A stretch of 53,404 bases of DNA, filler included, from Catajapyx aquilonaris (lineage: Eukaryota): the NCBI GenBank assembly GCA_000934665.2. It is 2 parts of 2 records of this genome, joined end to end, with 100 filler letters (N's around TTAATTAATTAA, not from the genome) between each part and the next. Parts side by side here need not be neighbours in the genome. Positions count along the whole stretch, not along the records: positions 26,819 to 53,404 come from JYFJ02005183.1; 1 more part is not named here. The stretch is one strand, 5' to 3'. Below, in pieces: positions 49,856 to 53,404 of the stretch; position 1 is the stretch's first letter, and every line of letters starts with the position of its first letter. Position numbers and translations under genes: made by a program. The notes under the pieces were generated by a model. That model was not told the DNA's origin and did not search any database. It saw nothing but the letters and a program-made list of their open reading frames with translations.

Positions 49856-52363
49856 ATGGAGACGTCATCACCGGTGTGCACGAGAGATGACCAGGAGACA
49901 TCCCGACTGTGCCTGGGACCCTCCCCTCCTCCGGACTGCTTCCCTGACTATTCCCAGTCCTTCACCACAGTGGTTGGAGTGTACTGGACGTGCATGGGCG
50001 TCGTGGGCACAGTGGCCAATCTTCTGGTGCTGCTGGCCGTACCATACGCCAGGAGAAGGTGCACAGACCCTAGAAGTCCCCTCAGACACTGCACGACAGT
50101 CCTCCTTCTCAGCATGTGCTGCTCTGAAGGTCTCTATTGCGGCACGACATTGTCAGTCAGGGGAGTCACCTACCTCTACAGAGAGTGGAAATTTGGATAC
50201 GCTTACTGTCAAGTCAGTGCATTTTTCGGTGATTTCTTCGCAGGAACGTCTGTCTCATCCTTAGCAGCTGCCATACTGTGCAGGTACAGAACCATAAAGA
50301 ACTTCGCTAAAAATTATACCAAATCTACCCATTAATGGGATTGCAAGTATCCTGAAAAATAATTTGGGCTTGATTATGCAGCCCAAAACACCTGCGATAT
50401 ACGTGGTGTTCCCTGTAATTCGGGACAGACTCTGGTTTGGTTTATTTAGAAGAAGCCAAAGCAACTATGGCCATCTGGCTGTAAGAAGAAGCAAAGGTGG
50501 GACAGATGGAGAGAGAAACGAAGAGAGGAAAGACTGGCATCTCTCTTAGTCTGTCTCCTATCCCAAAGACCTGTCCGGCTTGGGTGGCCCTACCAGTAGA
50601 CGAAGCTACCGTCGGCATGTGGTCGGCATAGCTCTTGGGGTCACTGGAGAAACGCAAACCCCACCACCACGATAAGGTGGAGATACCATCGAGGGGGGGG
50701 GGGGGGTGNGGGGGTGATATAGGGGATTAGGGGACCAAGACAAGTATTTTTGACATAGGAACCCGTGTCCGGAAACACCATCTAGAGGGGGTTCATAGAC
50801 AAGGAACGGGTGCGCTCAGACTCGTCAGGTAAGAGTCGCTAGGCGAGCGGACTGTTTTGTTGATATGGCGCGCAGTCGTTGCCAGGGTAAGGCGTATCGC
50901 GTCGTTGTAAGTAAACAACGACGCGATACGCCATAACCTGGCAACTGCATGGCAACAGCAGAACCGTTGTTTACTATCCGCGCGTCTTCTAAGAGGCGGA
51001 CTTTAGTTGCTAGATGGCTCTGTTGTTGCCAGGTTATGGCACATCGGGTCGCTGTTTACTATCCGAGAGCCATCTATCAACAAAACAGTCTGCTCGCCTA
51101 GCGCCTCCCGCGTGACGCGTCTGAGCGCACCCGTCCAGATGGCGTTTCCGGATACGGGTTCCTATGTCAAAAATAGCCTACTTGTCTTGGTCCCCTCATC
51201 ACCCCTCAAAGTCTGTCCCGAATTACAAGGAACATAATGACCAACCTATTTTAAGAGTGCATGATAAATATCGCACTATGGTGCTCGCGTGCAATTCATT
51301 TTGGGATACTTATAGGTGATAACCAAACCGTGGTTGTTGACTTAATGTAAGTCACTACATGCAACAGATCTTATTTCAGAACCTTAGCGTTATGGTGGCC
51401 CAGAGTCAAGGAGTTGATTTTTGATCCTGGTGGTGCCATACCAGTCGTGGTTCTTCTGTGGCTCATTGCATCCATCATAGGAACTTTACAAGTGGTAGGC
51501 CTATGGTATGGCATGGCAGAAAAGGCCATTAAAATGTGATCATATTCTACTTCAGTACACGTACCCAATGTTATTAATTTCCAGGTGAATGGAGAATATG
51601 GATACAGCTGTACAGTTGGGTTCTGTCAAAATCTATACAAGGATTCCATTACCCATTGGATTGGTGTCTATAGTCTAGGACTGATACCTTCGATAATTAT
51701 TATGATATGTTTGATTTTGACTGCAGTGAAAATTAACTCTTCCACTTCTGACCTGAAGCAATGCCAGTGAGTATCTAATGAAGTGTCTACTTGATATGTT
51801 CACTGATTTTAATTCCCATGTTTATTATTAACAGAGGCATATCTGATTTGACTCTTGAGACTTTGAGAAAAAGAGAGAGGCAAGTGACCACACACATGCT
51901 CATTCTGGCCTTCACTTACTTCTTGCTCCTGACTGCTTTCATCGGGCTAACTTTTTTTGGAGGCAAGAACGCATGGTCTACTCCTCCTTATATTTATTAC
52001 AGTTTTCTATCGCAGGGATACTTTGCTCTAAATGTCTTCCTTTACTTCTACAGGTGAGTTGTTTTATACTAATAATGTAGTAAAAAAGTAATGAGCGTGA
52101 TTACATACCACAACTCACAATAATAAAATTATATTCTTTCGCCTGATGCCATCAGTGCTAATTAATTCTAACATGCCAATTCACACATTTTAATAGAAAT
52201 ATTTTCCATACTTTATTTTTTCAAGTAGTGTAATATTTACTAAATAAATTATTATATTATCTTACACTTGTATAATAGAATCAAGACATACACTGATGCA
52301 GTCAGACTGTTCCTTCAAGACTCATCATCTCTAGCCTCACGGATTAATGCGTTATTCATGTAA
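49856..52363 (+). CDS. Divergent rhodopsin-class (class A) GPCR, Tre1/Moody-like by motif resemblance; intact, join(49856..50283,51380..51494,51585..51766,51835..52053,52279..52363), 342 aa
   Basis: Seven hydrophobic segments, with TM1 GVVGTVANLLV, ECL1 EWKFGYAYCQV, a TM4 Trp, an ECL2 Cys, RKRERQVT before TM6, TM7 ALNVFLY and a helix-8-like YTDAVRLFL. The exons sum to 1029 nt in frame with GT-AG boundaries. Confidence 0.85.
50730..51195. mobile_element. Palindromic MITE in GPCR intron 1
   Basis: Long TIRs GGGGACCAAGACAAGTA…TTTTTGACATAGGAACCCGT / ACGGGTTCCTATGTCAAAAA…TACTTGTCTTGGTCCCC, further internal IRs, and an internal hairpin GGCGTATCGCGTCGTTG…CAACGACGCGATACGCC (~50891-50932). Confidence 0.85.
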
Positions 52364-53404
52364 AAACACTTCATACAATGCATACCCTGCAAATCTGCAA
52401 TTAATAATAATTTGCTTTGTGTCGTTTGCGGAAGACGAATAATCTCCGCATCTGCTATTAAAATAATTAATATTGTGAATAACAATTGCTTGTTGTCTAT
52501 CAATTACGTCAATTACCTTTCATTTTTTACTAGTAAATTCAGAGTAAATGCTGCTCTCCATCCTCGCACAGACTCAACTCTTTTTTTGGTAAATGAAAAG
52601 TAAAATGCTGTGACTGGCCATTGCAGTACAAACACTTGCAAGAATGCGGCTATGCTCGGGAACCCTCTATCTGAGACTGTGATGCAAAAGAGACTCGACA
52701 ACTCCGGTCCAAAGTGACATATTAAAAGTGAATTCAAAATCATCACCAAGCAAGAATGACATGATGCGATTAGGATTATACGTTTTATGGTGCCAACTTC
52801 CCGTATTAATGCATGGCAAATGGTCTGCCAGGATTGTAAGGGAGGTATGTTATTCCCTACTAACTGTACTAATATTGTCACTGGTTTTCAACAATTAAGG
52901 TACGGTATATTATTTTGGCATATTTGTGATTTTCTTTTCTGCATTGGAGCATATTACACAGCGCAACAAAAAAAAACTTTCGGCGTGTTATTCGGGAACC
53001 ACGATGCACATCATGTTAGTAGGACCCAAAGTAGCTGGGAAACGCCCGGGATATCTCTCCCAAAATGTGCAGTGGGTCAGGGTGACCAAAAACCCGAAAA
53101 ATTCAAAATATTGACGTTTTTTGGCCTATTTCCAGGTCTGGCAACCACTGTAAGTTTCGGATTTTGTGTTTGCTGGCATTAGGTGTTACCTGGGTCTAGT
53201 CTGAAGCCACTATGGTGTTTAAAGTCAATCTTTTATAGAAACCGTGGTTTTCCAGGGTCCTTTTTATGGAAAATATTCCGTTTTTTGCTACTTTTTCGTC
53301 AATTTTGGGGGAACAGTGTATGGACTTTTTTTTAAAAAAGTGTAGCGTAATGGGCTCTTTAGAGACCCTACAATCAAGGAATAATAGTAGAACTTTCCTA
53401 TGCA

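Noticed and set aside
53078..53150. Small CAG…CTG hAT-like MITE
   Set aside because: The TIR match is short and imperfect, and no 8-bp TSD is visible.

Overview
Eukaryotic, AT-rich, intron-containing genomic DNA, most likely from an arthropod; there is no prokaryotic operon, CRISPR array or phage system. The left part (1-26718) is largely non-coding. It holds the decayed 3' end of an Academ(X)-like DNA transposon, an isolated N-terminal coding exon that matches arthropod CCAP receptors (…INKFYFYD|GT), a tRNA-derived SINE with a target-site duplication, hairpins and (AAT)n microsatellites. A 100-nt artificial gap (N44-TTAATTAATTAA-N44) follows. The right part (26819-53404) is a dense cluster of receptor genes and paralog pairs, which I spliced by hand. 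It contains a tandem pair of divergent ionotropic receptors (one intact at 638 aa, one with three frameshifts), an intact 369-aa gustatory receptor, and an inverted pair of F-box genes with N-terminal MGxxxS motifs (one intact, one frameshifted). It also contains a tandem pair of rhodopsin-class GPCRs with non-canonical motifs (one intact at 342 aa, one missing its TM1-3 exon). V-domain SINEs, a 5'-truncated LINE, a foldback element, MITEs and a probable non-autonomous Helitron are interspersed. Most short ORFs in the supplied track are spurious. Family assignments come from motif recognition only; no database search was run.
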